Source of the DNA: Candidatus Limnocylindrales bacterium
Lineage (GTDB): Bacteria; Chloroflexota; Limnocylindria; Limnocylindrales; CSP1-4
DNA length: 64,000 nucleotides
Assembly (NCBI GenBank): GCA_035308445.1
Contig: DATGGQ010000011.1
Coordinates: forward strand, 23,902-87,901
Direction: 5' to 3'
A model generated the notes under the pieces. That model had not been told where the DNA came from and did no database searches. It saw only the letters and a list, made by a program, of their open reading frames with translations. The translations under genes and the position numbers were made by a program. Positions 1 to 11,858 of the stretch are shown in pieces (the first letter of the stretch is position 1; every line of letters begins with the position of its first letter).

Positions 1-633
1 TTGGCCGAGGTGCAGGGAATCCTTCGAATCGAGCTTGTTGGCCCACCAGATGGTCATCGCCGACACGCCGAACTTCGCGGCGATCCCGGTGAGCGTGTCG
101 CCGGCCTTCACGGAGTAATGCTGGAGGAGGTCGCTGCCGCTCTCGACAGTCGTATCGACCGCGACCGGCTTGTAGAACGTGCCGTCGTTGACGTACGCAG
201 CGACGTTGTCCACGCTCGGATCGGTCGCGACTTGGTCGACGCTGCGCGTGCCGTCCGAGCCACCGACCGCGAGGCGAACGCCGCCCTGCTGGCCCTGGGC
301 CGCCCCGACCGGCTTCGCGACGCTCGGCCCGAGGCTGACGACGCCGGCGACGATCACGGCGAGGGCGACGGTCATCGGCAGGGCCCGCTCCCCGCCGAGC
401 CGGACCCGGATCAGGCGGCGCTGGAGGCGGAGACGGGAGCCGTCACGGAACCAGGGATGGAAGCTCGCGACGCGCTCGACGAGGCTGGTGGAGTGGCGGG
501 AGGCCGGGGCGAGGTCGCGGTGCGAGGCCAGGTGGCGCGGGGCGACGGGAGCCTGGCGCTGGAGGCGGCGGGTCGGGACCGGAACCAGCCGATCGATGAT
601 CTGTCGAGCGAAGCCGACGGCCCGGCGGTGCAT
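1..633 (-). CDS. LysM domain membrane protein (partial, C-terminus runs off window start)
   Basis: Reverse-strand translation of 1-240 gives a canonical LysM motif (YSVKAGDTLTGIAAKFGVSAMTIWWANKLDS...), preceded by a hydrophobic TM/signal segment (MTVALAVIVAGVVSL) and an Arg-rich N-terminus. GC3 is near 90% in this frame. Not in ORF track because it lacks a stop inside the window; alternative start at ~375. Confidence 0.55.
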   Translation of the reverse strand, partial: MHRRAVGFARQIIDRLVPVPTRRLQRQAPVAPRHLASHRDLAPASRHSTSLVERVASFHPWFRDGSRLRLQRRLIRVRLGGERALPMTVALAVIVAGVVSLGPSVAKPVGAAQGQQGGVRLAVGGSDGTRSVDQVATDPSVDNVAAYVNDGTFYKPVAVDTTVESGSDLLQHYSVKAGDTLTGIAAKFGVSAMTIWWANKLDSKDSLHLGQ

Positions 634-926
634 GCGCCGAACGGTGAGCGATCGGTTCCGGTGTGTTGGACGCAGTCGCGCGATGGCGCGCTGGACGCCG
701 CCCGTGGCGTTCGGCAATACGATCTCCTGGCGGGACGGTCCGGGCGCGGCGGTCGCGCGGGATGGACGCGGGGTTCGTGGACCGTCAGCGGGTCGCGATC
801 TTGAGCTGGGGTCTCGCTTCGCGGCCGAGTCCGCTCCTCCGCGGACTGCGACGTTGAACCGACCTTATCACGGCCCGCTGCGGCCCTGCAAACGTGCAAC
901 AGGCCCGGCCCGGCGGGCCATTCGGC

Positions 927-2312
927 CTAGGCGTCGAGGCTCTTGGTGAGCCCGGCCAGGAACTGCGTGTTCGTGTCGGTCTTCGCGAGGCGATTGAGGA
1001 GCAGCTCGATGCCCTCGTTCGTGCCGACGGCCGAGAGCATCCGGCGCATCGTCCAGACCATCTTCAGGGTCGGCTCCTCGAGGAGGAGCTCCTCGCGGCG
1101 GGTGCCGGACCGCATGACGTCGATGGCCGGGAAGATCCGCTTCTCGGCGAGCTTCCGGTCGAGGATGAGCTCAGAGTTGCCGGTGCCCTTGAACTCCTCG
1201 TAGATCACGTCGTCCATCCGCGAGCCGGTGTCGACGAGGCACGTCCCGATGATCGTGAGGGAGCCGCCCTCCTCGATCTTGCGGGCCGCCCCGAAGAACC
1301 GCTTCGGCGGATAGAGGGCGATCGGGTCGAGGCCGCCCGACAGGGTCCGTCCGGACGGCGGCAGGGCCAGGTTGTAGGCGCGGGCGAGCCGGGTGATCGA
1401 GTCGAGCAGGATCACGACGTCGCGGCCGGTCTCGACCTGGCGCTTGGCGATCTCGAGGGCCATCTCGGCGACGTGGGTGTGATTCTCGGTCGGCTCGTCA
1501 AACGTCGAGCTGATGACCTCGCCCATGACGCTCCGGCGCATGTCCGTGACCTCCTCGGGACGCTCGCCGATGAGGGCGACCATCAGGAGGATGTCGGGGT
1601 AGTTGGCCGTGATGCCGTTGGCGATGTTCTTGAGCAGCATCGTCTTGCCGGCCTTCGGCGGGCTGACGATGAGGGCTCGCTGGCCCTTGCCGATCGGGTT
1701 GACGAGGTTGACGAGCCGCTGGCTGAGGTTCTTGACGTCGCTCTCGAGGTTGATGAGCTCGTTGGGGTGGACCGGCGTCAGGTCGTTGAAGACCGGCCGG
1801 CGCCGGGCCGACTCGGTGTCGACGCCGTTGACCGCATCGACCCGGAGGAGGCCCCAGTACTTCTCCTGATCGCGAGGGGCGCGGACGGCGCCCGAGACCC
1901 GGTCGCCGATCCGCAGGCCGAAGCGGCGGACCTGGCTCGAGCTGACGTAGACGTCCTCATGGCTCGGCAGCAGGCCGTGGCGGCGCATGAAGCCGTAACC
2001 CTCGTCGACGACATCGAGGATGCCGGTGGCATAGGCCAGCCCGGCATTCTCGGTCTGGCGGCGGAGGATCTGGTCGACGAGGTCGTCCTTGCGCTCCTCG
2101 GCCTGAGTCTCGAGGTCGAGCTCGCGTCCGACCTGGCGGAGCTCGGCGACGCTCATCTCCCGAAGGTCGCCGACCTCGAGGTCGTTTCGCTCTCGGGCGG
2201 CCTCGAGCTCCTGCATCTCGTCGTACTCGGAGACCGGGGCCCGACCGGGTCCGGCGCCTCCGCGGCGGGGACGACGTCGGTTGCGCATGGTGCGTTGATC
2301 TGGAACGGGCAT
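927..2312 (-). CDS. rho: transcription termination factor Rho
   Basis: Rho_N motif ([16 protein letters not shown]), RNA-binding cold-shock-like region, Walker A (PPKAGKT), full-length conservation to the C-terminus. Start ambiguous (2288/2312/2420). Confidence 0.9.
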   Translation of the reverse strand: MPVPDQRTMRNRRRPRRGGAGPGRAPVSEYDEMQELEAARERNDLEVGDLREMSVAELRQVGRELDLETQAEERKDDLVDQILRRQTENAGLAYATGILDVVDEGYGFMRRHGLLPSHEDVYVSSSQVRRFGLRIGDRVSGAVRAPRDQEKYWGLLRVDAVNGVDTESARRRPVFNDLTPVHPNELINLESDVKNLSQRLVNLVNPIGKGQRALIVSPPKAGKTMLLKNIANGITANYPDILLMVALIGERPEEVTDMRRSVMGEVISSTFDEPTENHTHVAEMALEIAKRQVETGRDVVILLDSITRLARAYNLALPPSGRTLSGGLDPIALYPPKRFFGAARKIEEGGSLTIIGTCLVDTGSRMDDVIYEEFKGTGNSELILDRKLAEKRIFPAIDVMRSGTRREELLLEEPTLKMVWTMRRMLSAVGTNEGIELLLNRLAKTDTNTQFLAGLTKSLDA

Positions 2313-2516
2313 GTGGGTAGGGCTCACCTGTGGTTGGTGTGCGGGAAACAGGGACTGTCGCCGCACACGAGGTTGTCCGCAACGGCGGACGTGTGGGGAA
2401 CGACTTGAGCATACGGCCACGCTGGGCCGGCGTCAATGAGATCGAGCCGAGCTCGACGGGTTCGAGGTCCTCGTCGAGTCGGGTCCAGTCGGGCCGTCAG
2501 CCGCGCCGGCCCGCGG

Positions 2517-3224
2517 CTACTTCTTCTTGGACTTCGCCGCCGGCTTCGCGGGAGCCGCCGCCGCCGATTCGGCCATCGCCTGGCGCGCGGCTTCCCAGTC
2601 CTTGCGGAACGTCACGATGCCCTTGTCGGTCAGCGGGTGGGCGACCATCTGCTGGAAGACCTTGAACGGCAGCGTCGCGATGTGCGAGCCGGCGAGCGCG
2701 GCCTCGGTGACGTGGCGCGGGTGGCGCACGGAGGCGGTCAGGACCTCGCTGTCGAGCTCGTAGAACCGGACAATCTCGGAGAGCTCGCGGATGACGGTCA
2801 TCCCCTCCTCGTTGATGTCGTCAAGGCGGCCGACGAACGGCGAGAGCAGGGAGGCGCCGGCCTTCGCCGCGAGGAGGCCCTGGTTGGCCGAGAAGATCAG
2901 CGTGCAGTTCGTCCTGATGCCCTCGGCCCGGAAGCGGCTGATCGCCTCGAGGCCGGTCTCGGACATCGGGACCTTCACGTAGATGTTGTCGGCGAGCTTC
3001 GCGAAGTGGCGCCCCTCGCGGAGCATCCCGTCGACGTCCTCGGCGACGACCTCGGCGGAGACCGGCCCGCTCGTGATCCCGCAGATCTGCTTGAGGACCT
3101 GGTCGTAGGTCATGCCCTTCGTCTTGGCGAAGAGCGTCGGGTTGGTGGTGACGCCGTCGAGGACGCCCCAGCGGTTGACGGTCCGGATCTCCTCGATCTC
3201 GGCGGTGTCGAGGAACAGCTTCAT
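2517..3224 (-). CDS. tal: transaldolase (short Tal/FSA subfamily)
   Basis: MKLFLDTAEIEEI... N-terminus and TNPTL / FVGRLDD motifs typical of 215-235 aa transaldolase/fructose-6-P aldolase family. Confidence 0.9.
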   Translation of the reverse strand: MKLFLDTAEIEEIRTVNRWGVLDGVTTNPTLFAKTKGMTYDQVLKQICGITSGPVSAEVVAEDVDGMLREGRHFAKLADNIYVKVPMSETGLEAISRFRAEGIRTNCTLIFSANQGLLAAKAGASLLSPFVGRLDDINEEGMTVIRELSEIVRFYELDSEVLTASVRHPRHVTEAALAGSHIATLPFKVFQQMVAHPLTDKGIVTFRKDWEAARQAMAESAAAAPAKPAAKSKKK

Positions 3225-3287
3225 CGGGCAGGCTCCGAAGCGGTCGGGAAGGCGCCTGATTCTAGCCCCGAACCGCGAGGTGGGAGA

Positions 3288-4958
<1,671 letters not shown>

Positions 4959-5035
4959 TCAGGTCCTCCGGGGGTTTTTCTGATGCTACCGGATGAGGCC
5001 TGTCTCGTCGAATCGAATCGGCCGAATCGGAGGCG

Positions 5036-5746
5036 ATGATGGAGTTTGGCGAGCTGGTCATGAAGCGCCGGACGGTTCGCCGGTTCGAGGACGCGCCGGT
5101 CGATCGCGAGGTCCTCGAGGGGATCGCCCGACTCGCCCAGCACGTGCCGTCGGGTGGGTTCAGCCAGGGCCAGCGGCTGATCATCGTCACGGATCCGGAG
5201 CAGCGACGTCGGGCGGCCGAGACCTGCGGTGAATCCTTCTACGAGGCCGACGGCTACGGCCGCTGGATCAGCACCTGTGCCGCCCAGTTCATCCCGTGTG
5301 TGAGCCGAGAGATCTACCTCGCCCGGTATCGCGAGCCAGACAAGCTCGCGGAAGGCGAGGCACAGGACGAGGACTGGCCGACGCCGTACTGATGGGTCGA
5401 CGTCGGGATGACGGCGATGATCGTCATGCTCGCCGCCCACGACGCGGGCCTGGCCGCGGGGTTCGCCGGTCCACAGGACATCCCGGCGCTGCGCCAGGTC
5501 CTCGGGCTGCCGGGCGACTTCCACCCGATCGGGGTGATCCCGGTCGGCAGGCCGCTCGCCGACAAGCGCTCGCCATCGCTGGGGCGCGGCTGGGTCCCGT
5601 TCGAGGACTACGCCCACTGGGACCGGTGGTCGTTCGCCGGCGACCGGTCCGGTCCTCGTTGCCGCGCTAGTCGGGGATCAGCTCGCGGAGCCACCCGGCG
5701 ACGTCCAGCGAGCCCACGCGGGTCAGGGCCACTCCCCCGACGATGA
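5036..5746 (+). pseudogene. nitroreductase family protein interrupted by in-frame TGA (5390-5392)
   Basis: ORFs 5036..5392 and 5408..5746 are in the same frame and together form one nitroreductase (RRTVRRF...SGGFSQGQRLIIV ... AHDAGLAAGFAG...PIGVIPVG). The TGA sits where the family has a conserved Trp (WPxPYWxVD). Either a TGG>TGA nonsense mutation or recoding. Confidence 0.6.
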
Positions 5747-6743
5747 CCGCGCCGCCGGCGATCTGGGCCGTCCGGATCGGCTCGGCCAGGAACAGCGCGC
5801 CGAGCACGACCGCGATGAACGGGACGAGGAACTGGTACGCGGTGACGCGGGTCGGCCCAACCAGCCGGATGGCGTTGAAGACGAGGACGTTGGCGAGCCC
5901 GGCCGGCAGGATCGCCGAGTAGAGCAGTCCGCCCCAGGCGCCCGGCGACACCGCGCTCCAGTTCGCGGAGGTCGCCTCCCACAGGCCCGGCAGCAGCAGG
6001 ACGGCGCAACCGCCGACCATCGCCCAGGCCGTGGTCCGGAGCGGCGAGTGCCGCCGGAGGTGCGGCGCACCGAACGCCGTGTAGACGGACCAGCACAGCG
6101 CTGCGGCGAGGGTGAGGGCGTCACCCAGCAGGACCGTGGAGGAGAGCGAACCGCCACTGAACCCGAGGCCGAGGCCCGAGCCGGCGGTCACGACGATCCC
6201 CACCCCGAGGAACGAGACCAGGCCACCGAGGAGCTTCCGGCGGGTCAGGACGTCCGAGCCGGCGACGACGGCCAGGAGCGCGGTCCCGACCGGGGTCGCG
6301 GCGATGAGCAGGGCCGAATCGCCGGCGGGGATCCACTGGAGGGCGGTCGACCAGATGACCTGGTAGACGCCGAAGCCGAGCGCCCCGAGGCCGGCGATGA
6401 CGAGCCCGTCGCCGCGTGGCGGGTGAGCGCCGCCCTCGACGAGGCGCAGGGCGAGGAGCAGGACGATCGCCGCGAGCCCGAACCGGAGCAGCGCGAAGGT
6501 GATCGGCGGGATCTGCTGGTTCGCGGCCTTCACGACGATGAAGTTGGCCGCCCAGAACAGCGTGACGAGCACGACGCCGGCTTCCGCCGTCCGGACCTCC
6601 CGGGCGGTGGCGGGTACCGAAACGCCCGCCGGTGCTCCGGCGGGCGTCGTCGTCGCGGTCGGCCGCGGGTCGGCGTCGATCAGACGGCGTCCTGGTCGAG
6701 CTCGAGGGCCTCCTCGTCGTCCTCCTCGGTGACCTTCAGCCAC
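5667..6743 (-). CDS. EamA/DMT family transporter
   Basis: Ten predicted TM helices, two EamA-like repeats, Arg/Pro-rich N-terminal tail. Overlaps the 3' tail of the nitroreductase frame. Confidence 0.8.
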   Translation of the reverse strand: MAEGHRGGRRGGPRARPGRRLIDADPRPTATTTPAGAPAGVSVPATAREVRTAEAGVVLVTLFWAANFIVVKAANQQIPPITFALLRFGLAAIVLLLALRLVEGGAHPPRGDGLVIAGLGALGFGVYQVIWSTALQWIPAGDSALLIAATPVGTALLAVVAGSDVLTRRKLLGGLVSFLGVGIVVTAGSGLGLGFSGGSLSSTVLLGDALTLAAALCWSVYTAFGAPHLRRHSPLRTTAWAMVGGCAVLLLPGLWEATSANWSAVSPGAWGGLLYSAILPAGLANVLVFNAIRLVGPTRVTAYQFLVPFIAVVLGALFLAEPIRTAQIAGGAVIVGGVALTRVGSLDVAGWLRELIPD

Positions 6744-6855
6744 ACGAAGAGCACGGCGAGCACGATGAGCGGGATGACGAGCAGCGCGCTGAGGGTGATC
6801 CCCAGCGCGATGGCGATGGTCTTGAGGACGCGCATCGGCTTCTCCTTCGCGAGGA

Positions 6856-7362
6856 TCAGCGCCGGCTGGCCGGCGCCTGGGACCCGCGTCGCAACGCGGG
6901 GGCTCGGGCGATCATCTCGGCGACGTCGTCCTTCGTGAACTCGACCAGCTCGTGGCGGATGCCGGTCTGGTCGAGCCGGAGCAGGCGGAGGACGTAGGCC
7001 CCTTCCTGTTCGAAGAAGAAGACGTCGCGAGGTTGCTGCTCGTCAACATAGCGCCCGATCACGCGGAGCGCAGATTCGTAGCGATCCGGGACCGAATCCT
7101 TCGGCGCGCCGCGGCCGGCGAGGGCCTCGTCCATGAACGTGCCGACGTCGTCGTCCGCGAGCTGGAGGGTCTCCTTGCGGGCCTGGCCCAGCGAGTCGCC
7201 CCAGCCGACCGACGTGCCCTCGATGACGAGGCCCTGGATGATGAACGAGACGTCCGTCTCGAGGAACACGATCTCGCGCATGCCCTTGTCGTCGAGGTAC
7301 GCCCCGACCGAGCGGAGGACCTCTTCGTAGTCCTTCCGGGGACTCCCCTCGTAGATGCGCAC
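6856..7362 (-). CDS. hypothetical protein with internal tandem duplication, last gene of ABC-2 operon
   Basis: Two ~60-aa repeats (YEGSPRKDYEEVLRSVGAYLDDKGMREIVFLE / RYESALRVIGRYVDEQQPRDVFFFEQEGAYVLRLL). Begins 10 nt after the upstream permease stop, same strand. Confidence 0.55.
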   Translation of the reverse strand: MRIYEGSPRKDYEEVLRSVGAYLDDKGMREIVFLETDVSFIIQGLVIEGTSVGWGDSLGQARKETLQLADDDVGTFMDEALAGRGAPKDSVPDRYESALRVIGRYVDEQQPRDVFFFEQEGAYVLRLLRLDQTGIRHELVEFTKDDVAEMIARAPALRRGSQAPASRR

Positions 7363-7371
7363 CCGCGCCTC

Positions 7372-8307
7372 CTAGGAGCCGGTCGTCCGATCGAGCAGGC
7401 CTCGCTCCTTCGCCCGTCGCGAGCTGTACCGGAAGATGGCGGCGGCGGCGAGTGTAACGACGGCTCCTGTCACGATCAACGACAGCAGGACCAGCCCGTT
7501 GTCAGGCGTCACCTGCCCGGTCAGCGTCGTGAACAGCGATCCCTGGCCGCCGATCGACGAGGGCGCGGCCGCATCGAAGGCGCGGCGGGCGCCGTCGATC
7601 CACCAGGCCAGCGGGTTGGCCAGGCCCACCGCCTGGATCGGCGCGGGCAGGATGCTGAGCGGGAACACGGCGCCGGAGACGAGGAAGAGGGCGCCGGCGA
7701 ACGCCTCCGGGTAGGACCACGACTCCTGCCGGGTCTGGAGGCAGATCGAGCCCATCAGGAGCCCGAGGGCGAGCGTCACGACGAGGCCGCCGACGGCCGT
7801 CACGGCGAGCATGAGCCAGTCGATGCGGCCGGGGTCGAACGGGACGCCAAGGGCCACGATCCCGATCGCCATCGTGATCACGGCGCCGGTCACGCCGATG
7901 AGCAGCCGGGCCGTGCCGCGGCCGAGGAGCACGACGAGGAAGTCGCTCGGGCTGACGTAGACGTACTTCAGCATCCGGTACCGCTCCCGGTCATCCAGGA
8001 TCGCGAACGCCAGGCCCGTGATCCCGATCTGGACGAGCGCCCAGAACGCCGTCCCGATGACGACGAACGAGCGATACGTCGCGGTCGCGCTGCCACCGAC
8101 CACCTGGAGCATCACGACGAGGATCAGGGCCGCCGCGACCGGCTTGGCGACCGAGTAGATGAAGAACAGCAGCGGATCGGTCCAGTTCGCCTCCATGAGG
8201 TAGCCCAGCCGGGCGGCGGTGACGAAGGACCGGGCCAGCTCCCCGTCGGGTGCCTCGGGCTCGCGCCGGCTGGGCGCGGCGGGATGGACGGCGCCGGACG
8301 CGGTCAC
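7372..8307 (-). CDS. ABC-2 family transporter permease
   Basis: Six TM helices, ABC-2 signature region. GTG start overlapping the upstream permease stop (GTGA). The long N-terminal extension in the track is an R-rich artefact. Confidence 0.8.
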   Translation of the reverse strand: MTASGAVHPAAPSRREPEAPDGELARSFVTAARLGYLMEANWTDPLLFFIYSVAKPVAAALILVVMLQVVGGSATATYRSFVVIGTAFWALVQIGITGLAFAILDDRERYRMLKYVYVSPSDFLVVLLGRGTARLLIGVTGAVITMAIGIVALGVPFDPGRIDWLMLAVTAVGGLVVTLALGLLMGSICLQTRQESWSYPEAFAGALFLVSGAVFPLSILPAPIQAVGLANPLAWWIDGARRAFDAAAPSSIGGQGSLFTTLTGQVTPDNGLVLLSLIVTGAVVTLAAAAIFRYSSRRAKERGLLDRTTGS

Positions 8308-9191
8308 TGCCAGCGGACCGTCAGTCGGCCCTCGACGCGGGCCCGGCGCTCCATCGCCGCCAGCATCCAGCGGGCGATGGCCGTCGCGACGACGGCCAGG
8401 ATCACGAGGATCCCGAGCTCGACGAGCGGTGGCGGGGTCCCGATCGGGAACGGCGCCCCGCTGAACACGAGCTGGCGCATCGCGTCGAGGCCGGTCGCGA
8501 GCGGGATGAAGCCGACCGACAGCGCCCCGAGCAGCCCGAGCCGGGCGACCGGGAAGTTCAGCCCCGAGACGAAGTAGACGGGCTCCACGAGGAGCTGGCC
8601 GAGGTGCCAGGCCTCGCGGCCCCAGACGAGGAAGAGGCTCGCGAGGACCATCCCGACGCCGTAGAGCGCGGCGAGGGTCATGACGAACACCAGGAAGACG
8701 AGCAGCCACTGCTCGACCGCGAAGCTCACGCCGAAGACGGCGGTCGAGATGACGAGGATCGCGAGCGCGCGCGTCGAGCTCATGACCATCCCGCCGAGGG
8801 CCATCCCGAACAGGATCGACATGAAGTGCATCGGCGCGGCGAAGTAGAGCTCGAGGTTGCCCTGGCTCTTCTCCCAGTAGAGCTGGTTGGCCATCATCCA
8901 GATCACGTTGATCCAGAACGCCGTCATCGCCCCGCCGACGACGACGAAGCCGACATAGGCCTCGGGGGCACGCAGGGCCCGGTAGACGAACACGAACGCC
9001 GAGGTCGACAGGAACGGCAGGAGGATCTCGAAGAACACCCACGACTTCTCGCGGAACAGGCCGATGTAGCGCGGATAGGCCCGGCCGCGCACCGCGCGGA
9101 GGTTCGTCAGGAGCGCCTGCCGGCGCGTCCAGCTGGCGGCCTGCCGAGGCGAGTTCCCGGACCGGCCGACGAGGTCAAGCCGCGTGGCCAT
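8304..9191 (-). CDS. ABC-2 family transporter permease
   Basis: TM-rich, ABC-2 type. Start (MATRLDLVGR) overlaps the ATPase stop by ~17 nt. Confidence 0.8.
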   Translation of the reverse strand: MATRLDLVGRSGNSPRQAASWTRRQALLTNLRAVRGRAYPRYIGLFREKSWVFFEILLPFLSTSAFVFVYRALRAPEAYVGFVVVGGAMTAFWINVIWMMANQLYWEKSQGNLELYFAAPMHFMSILFGMALGGMVMSSTRALAILVISTAVFGVSFAVEQWLLVFLVFVMTLAALYGVGMVLASLFLVWGREAWHLGQLLVEPVYFVSGLNFPVARLGLLGALSVGFIPLATGLDAMRQLVFSGAPFPIGTPPPLVELGILVILAVVATAIARWMLAAMERRARVEGRLTVRWQ

Positions 9192-10272
9192 CGCGTGCCT
9201 CCTCGCACTCGCCGAAGCCCCGCCCGACGAGCTCCACGAATACGTCCTCGAGGGTCGGCTCGGACTTCCGCAGCCCGAGGATGGTGGCCCCCTTCCGGCC
9301 CAGGGCGCCGACCACGGCACCGAGTGCCGAGTCGTCGGCGAGGACCAGGTTCATCGCGACGGTCTGCCGATCGCTGCCGTCGGCGTCGACCGCGGCGCTG
9401 GCCTTGACGACGCCGGGCAGGTCGGCGAGCGACGCGGCGCCGCCGTCCAGGCGGTCGAGCTCGACCCGGAAGATCGATTCGCGCTGGACCCGGCGCTTCA
9501 GCTCCGCGGGCGTGCCGATCGCGAGGATCCGGCCCTTGTCGACGATCGCGATGCGATCGCACAGCTCGTCCGCCTCGGCCATGTAGTGGGTCGTCAGGAG
9601 GATCGTCCGGCCCGGGACCGCGGCCCTCCACTCGACGATGAGCTCGCGCAGCGACCGCGCCGCGGCGACGTCCAGGCCGAGGGTCGGCTCATCGAGGAAC
9701 AGGACCCACGGATCGTTCATCAGGCCCCTGGCCAGGTTCATCTTCTGGCGCTCGCCGGTCGAGAGCGTGCTGACCCGGGCGAGGCGCTTCTCGCCGAGAC
9801 CGACCCGATCCAGCAGCGCATCGGACCGCGTCCAGCCCTCGCCGCTCGGCAGGCCGTAGAACTGGCTGAACATCCACAGCTGCTCGCGGACGGTGAGGAT
9901 CCCGTAGCCGGACTGCTCCCCGCCGGCGACCATGTTCATGATCCGGCGGATCTTCTTCGTCGCCTGGGCCACGTCGAACCCGAAGATCCGGGCCTCGCCG
10001 GAGGTCGGCGTCAGGAGGGTGGTGAGGATCTTGATGAGCGTCGTCTTGCCGGCGCCGTTCGGGCCGAGCAGGCCGAACAGCTCGCCCGCCTCGACGTCGA
10101 GGTCGACCCCGTCGAGAGCGACGACCGGGCCGCCCTTCGCGCCATAGACGCGCCGAACCGCGCGCGCCTCGATCGCCCGCGGCTCTATCGCCCGCGGCTC
10201 GGCGGGCGTGACGGCGGCGTCGGTGGTCGCGTCGGCGGCATGGCTCGCGCCGGAAACAGCGGACATGGGCAC
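9175..10272 (-). CDS. ABC transporter ATP-binding protein (DrrA-like exporter ATPase)
   Basis: Walker A GPNGAGKTT, signature LSTGERQK, Walker B LFLDEPT, H-loop. C-terminal extra domain. Confidence 0.85.
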   Translation of the reverse strand: MPMSAVSGASHAADATTDAAVTPAEPRAIEPRAIEARAVRRVYGAKGGPVVALDGVDLDVEAGELFGLLGPNGAGKTTLIKILTTLLTPTSGEARIFGFDVAQATKKIRRIMNMVAGGEQSGYGILTVREQLWMFSQFYGLPSGEGWTRSDALLDRVGLGEKRLARVSTLSTGERQKMNLARGLMNDPWVLFLDEPTLGLDVAAARSLRELIVEWRAAVPGRTILLTTHYMAEADELCDRIAIVDKGRILAIGTPAELKRRVQRESIFRVELDRLDGGAASLADLPGVVKASAAVDADGSDRQTVAMNLVLADDSALGAVVGALGRKGATILGLRKSEPTLEDVFVELVGRGFGECEEARDGHAA

Positions 10273-10373
10273 CCCGTCGGCCGGTGTGGGGACGGCGCCG
10301 AGTCTACGCGCTCGCGCGCGAGGGGTAAAGCGGCGATCTAACGCTCGAAACGTTCCCGTCTAACGGTCGACGT

Positions 10374-10778
10374 TCAGCCGGCTGGCGGCCTGAGCTTCGA
10401 ACCCTCCATCAGCCCGTAGATGTGTCCGTCGGGCGCCCGGAAGTGGAACCAGCCATAGCCCTCTCGGCGCGTCGACCAGTGGATGTCGTCGAGGATCTCG
10501 ATGCCGGCGGCCTCGAGCTCCCGGCGCGCCTCGACGACATCGTCGACGACGAAGCCCGCGACCGGGCCGGTGAAGTGCTGCCTCTCGAAGTCGGACTCGG
10601 GATCATCGGTCGAAAGGACCTCAACGTAGTCGTGCTCGGCATCGGCCATCGGCCCGAGCTGCGCGAAGGTCCCCTCGTCGACCTCGACCGGCAGCCCGAG
10701 GACGTCGACGAACAGTCGCCGCATCGCCTCGTACTGATCGGTGTACGTCGTGAGCCAGCCGAGCCGGTGGATCCGCAT
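10374..10778 (-). CDS. VOC (glyoxalase/bleomycin resistance/dioxygenase) family protein
   Basis: 134 aa, two beta-alpha-beta-beta-beta modules, typical VOC length and hydrophobicity pattern. Confidence 0.7.
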   Translation of the reverse strand: MRIHRLGWLTTYTDQYEAMRRLFVDVLGLPVEVDEGTFAQLGPMADAEHDYVEVLSTDDPESDFERQHFTGPVAGFVVDDVVEARRELEAAGIEILDDIHWSTRREGYGWFHFRAPDGHIYGLMEGSKLRPPAG

Positions 10779-10895
10779 CCGAGCCTCCTCTGTGACGTCG
10801 GCCCATCGCCTCGGCCCGCGCGTCGACTACCCACAGCCCGGTGAGCCCGCGGTTGCCGTCGATCACGTCTCTCCTCGGATCCCTGCACGGCTCAC

Positions 10896-11858
10896 TCAGC
10901 GGGACGAGGCGAGGGCCGCGGCGATCTGGCCGGCGACACGGGCGTTGTTCACGATCAGGGCCGTGTTGGCCCTGATCGAAGCACCGCCGGTGAGCTCGCC
11001 AACGCGGGCGAGGAGCCACGGCGTGAGGTCGGGTCCCCGGATCCCGGCCGTCTCGGCGCCGGCGACCGCCTCGTCTGTGGCCGCGCTCGCGACGGCCTCG
11101 GGGAGAGCGTCGGCCTCCGGCACCGGGACGCAGACGAGGATGCCGCCCCGAAGGCCGAGCCCGAGGTGGGTCCGGACCCGTTGCGCGGCGGCGGCGACAT
11201 CCGGCACGGACGACGGCGACCGCAGCCCGGAGCTGCGCGCGTAGAAGCCGGGCAGGTCGTCCTGGCCGATCGTGACGACGGGCACGCCCCGGGTCTCGAG
11301 GTACTCGAGGGTCAGGGCCGCGTCGAGGATCGACTTCGGGCCGGCGCACACGACCGCCATCCCGGTGCGGGCGAGCTCCTCGAGGTCCGACGAGATGTCG
11401 AACGTCCGGCTCGCTCCGCGATGGACGCCACCGATCCCGCCCGTGGCGAAGACGTCAATGCCGGCCGCTCGTGCCGCGATCATCGTCGCGGAGACCGTGG
11501 TGGCGGACCAGCCGGCCCGGTCGAGCGCCTCGGCCAGGCTCGCCCGAGCGGCCTTCATGACGCTCCCCGCGGGAGCCGTCGCGAGCTCGAGCAGCTGGCG
11601 GTCGTCGAGCCCGATGTGGACCTTGCCGTCGTGGATGGCGATCGTCGCCGGCTCGCCGCCGGACTCCCGAATCGCGTCACCGCAGGCGAGGGCCACGTCG
11701 AGGTTCTGGGGATGCGGCAGGCCGTGGGCGATGAGCGTCGACTCGAGGGCGACGGTCGGCCGTCCGGCCGCCATGGCCACCTCGACGTCGCGGAAGACCT
11801 CGAGCCGGCTCGCCATGGCGCCGGGTTTCGGAGCGGGAGCGGCCCGGCCAGGACTCAT
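10896..11858 (-). CDS. psuG: pseudouridine-5'-phosphate glycosidase
   Basis: Collinear with E. coli PsuG/YeiN (PTVALESTLIAHGLP, VFATGGIGGVHRGA, LLARVGELTGG). ATGA overlap with psuK stop; alternative start at 11816. Confidence 0.85.
   Translation of the reverse strand: MSPGRAAPAPKPGAMASRLEVFRDVEVAMAAGRPTVALESTLIAHGLPHPQNLDVALACGDAIRESGGEPATIAIHDGKVHIGLDDRQLLELATAPAGSVMKAARASLAEALDRAGWSATTVSATMIAARAAGIDVFATGGIGGVHRGASRTFDISSDLEELARTGMAVVCAGPKSILDAALTLEYLETRGVPVVTIGQDDLPGFYARSSGLRSPSSVPDVAAAAQRVRTHLGLGLRGGILVCVPVPEADALPEAVASAATDEAVAGAETAGIRGPDLTPWLLARVGELTGGASIRANTALIVNNARVAGQIAAALASSR

Noticed and set aside
1-804. Plus-strand 267-aa ORF at window start
   Set aside because: Low-complexity R/D/A/G-rich translation with no motif. 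The opposite strand encodes a clear LysM domain with very high GC3.
5390-5392. Alternative genetic code (TGA=Trp) for the whole genome
   Set aside because: Many confidently called genes here terminate with TGA, including ATGA/GTGA overlaps; high GC is inconsistent with code-4 lineages.
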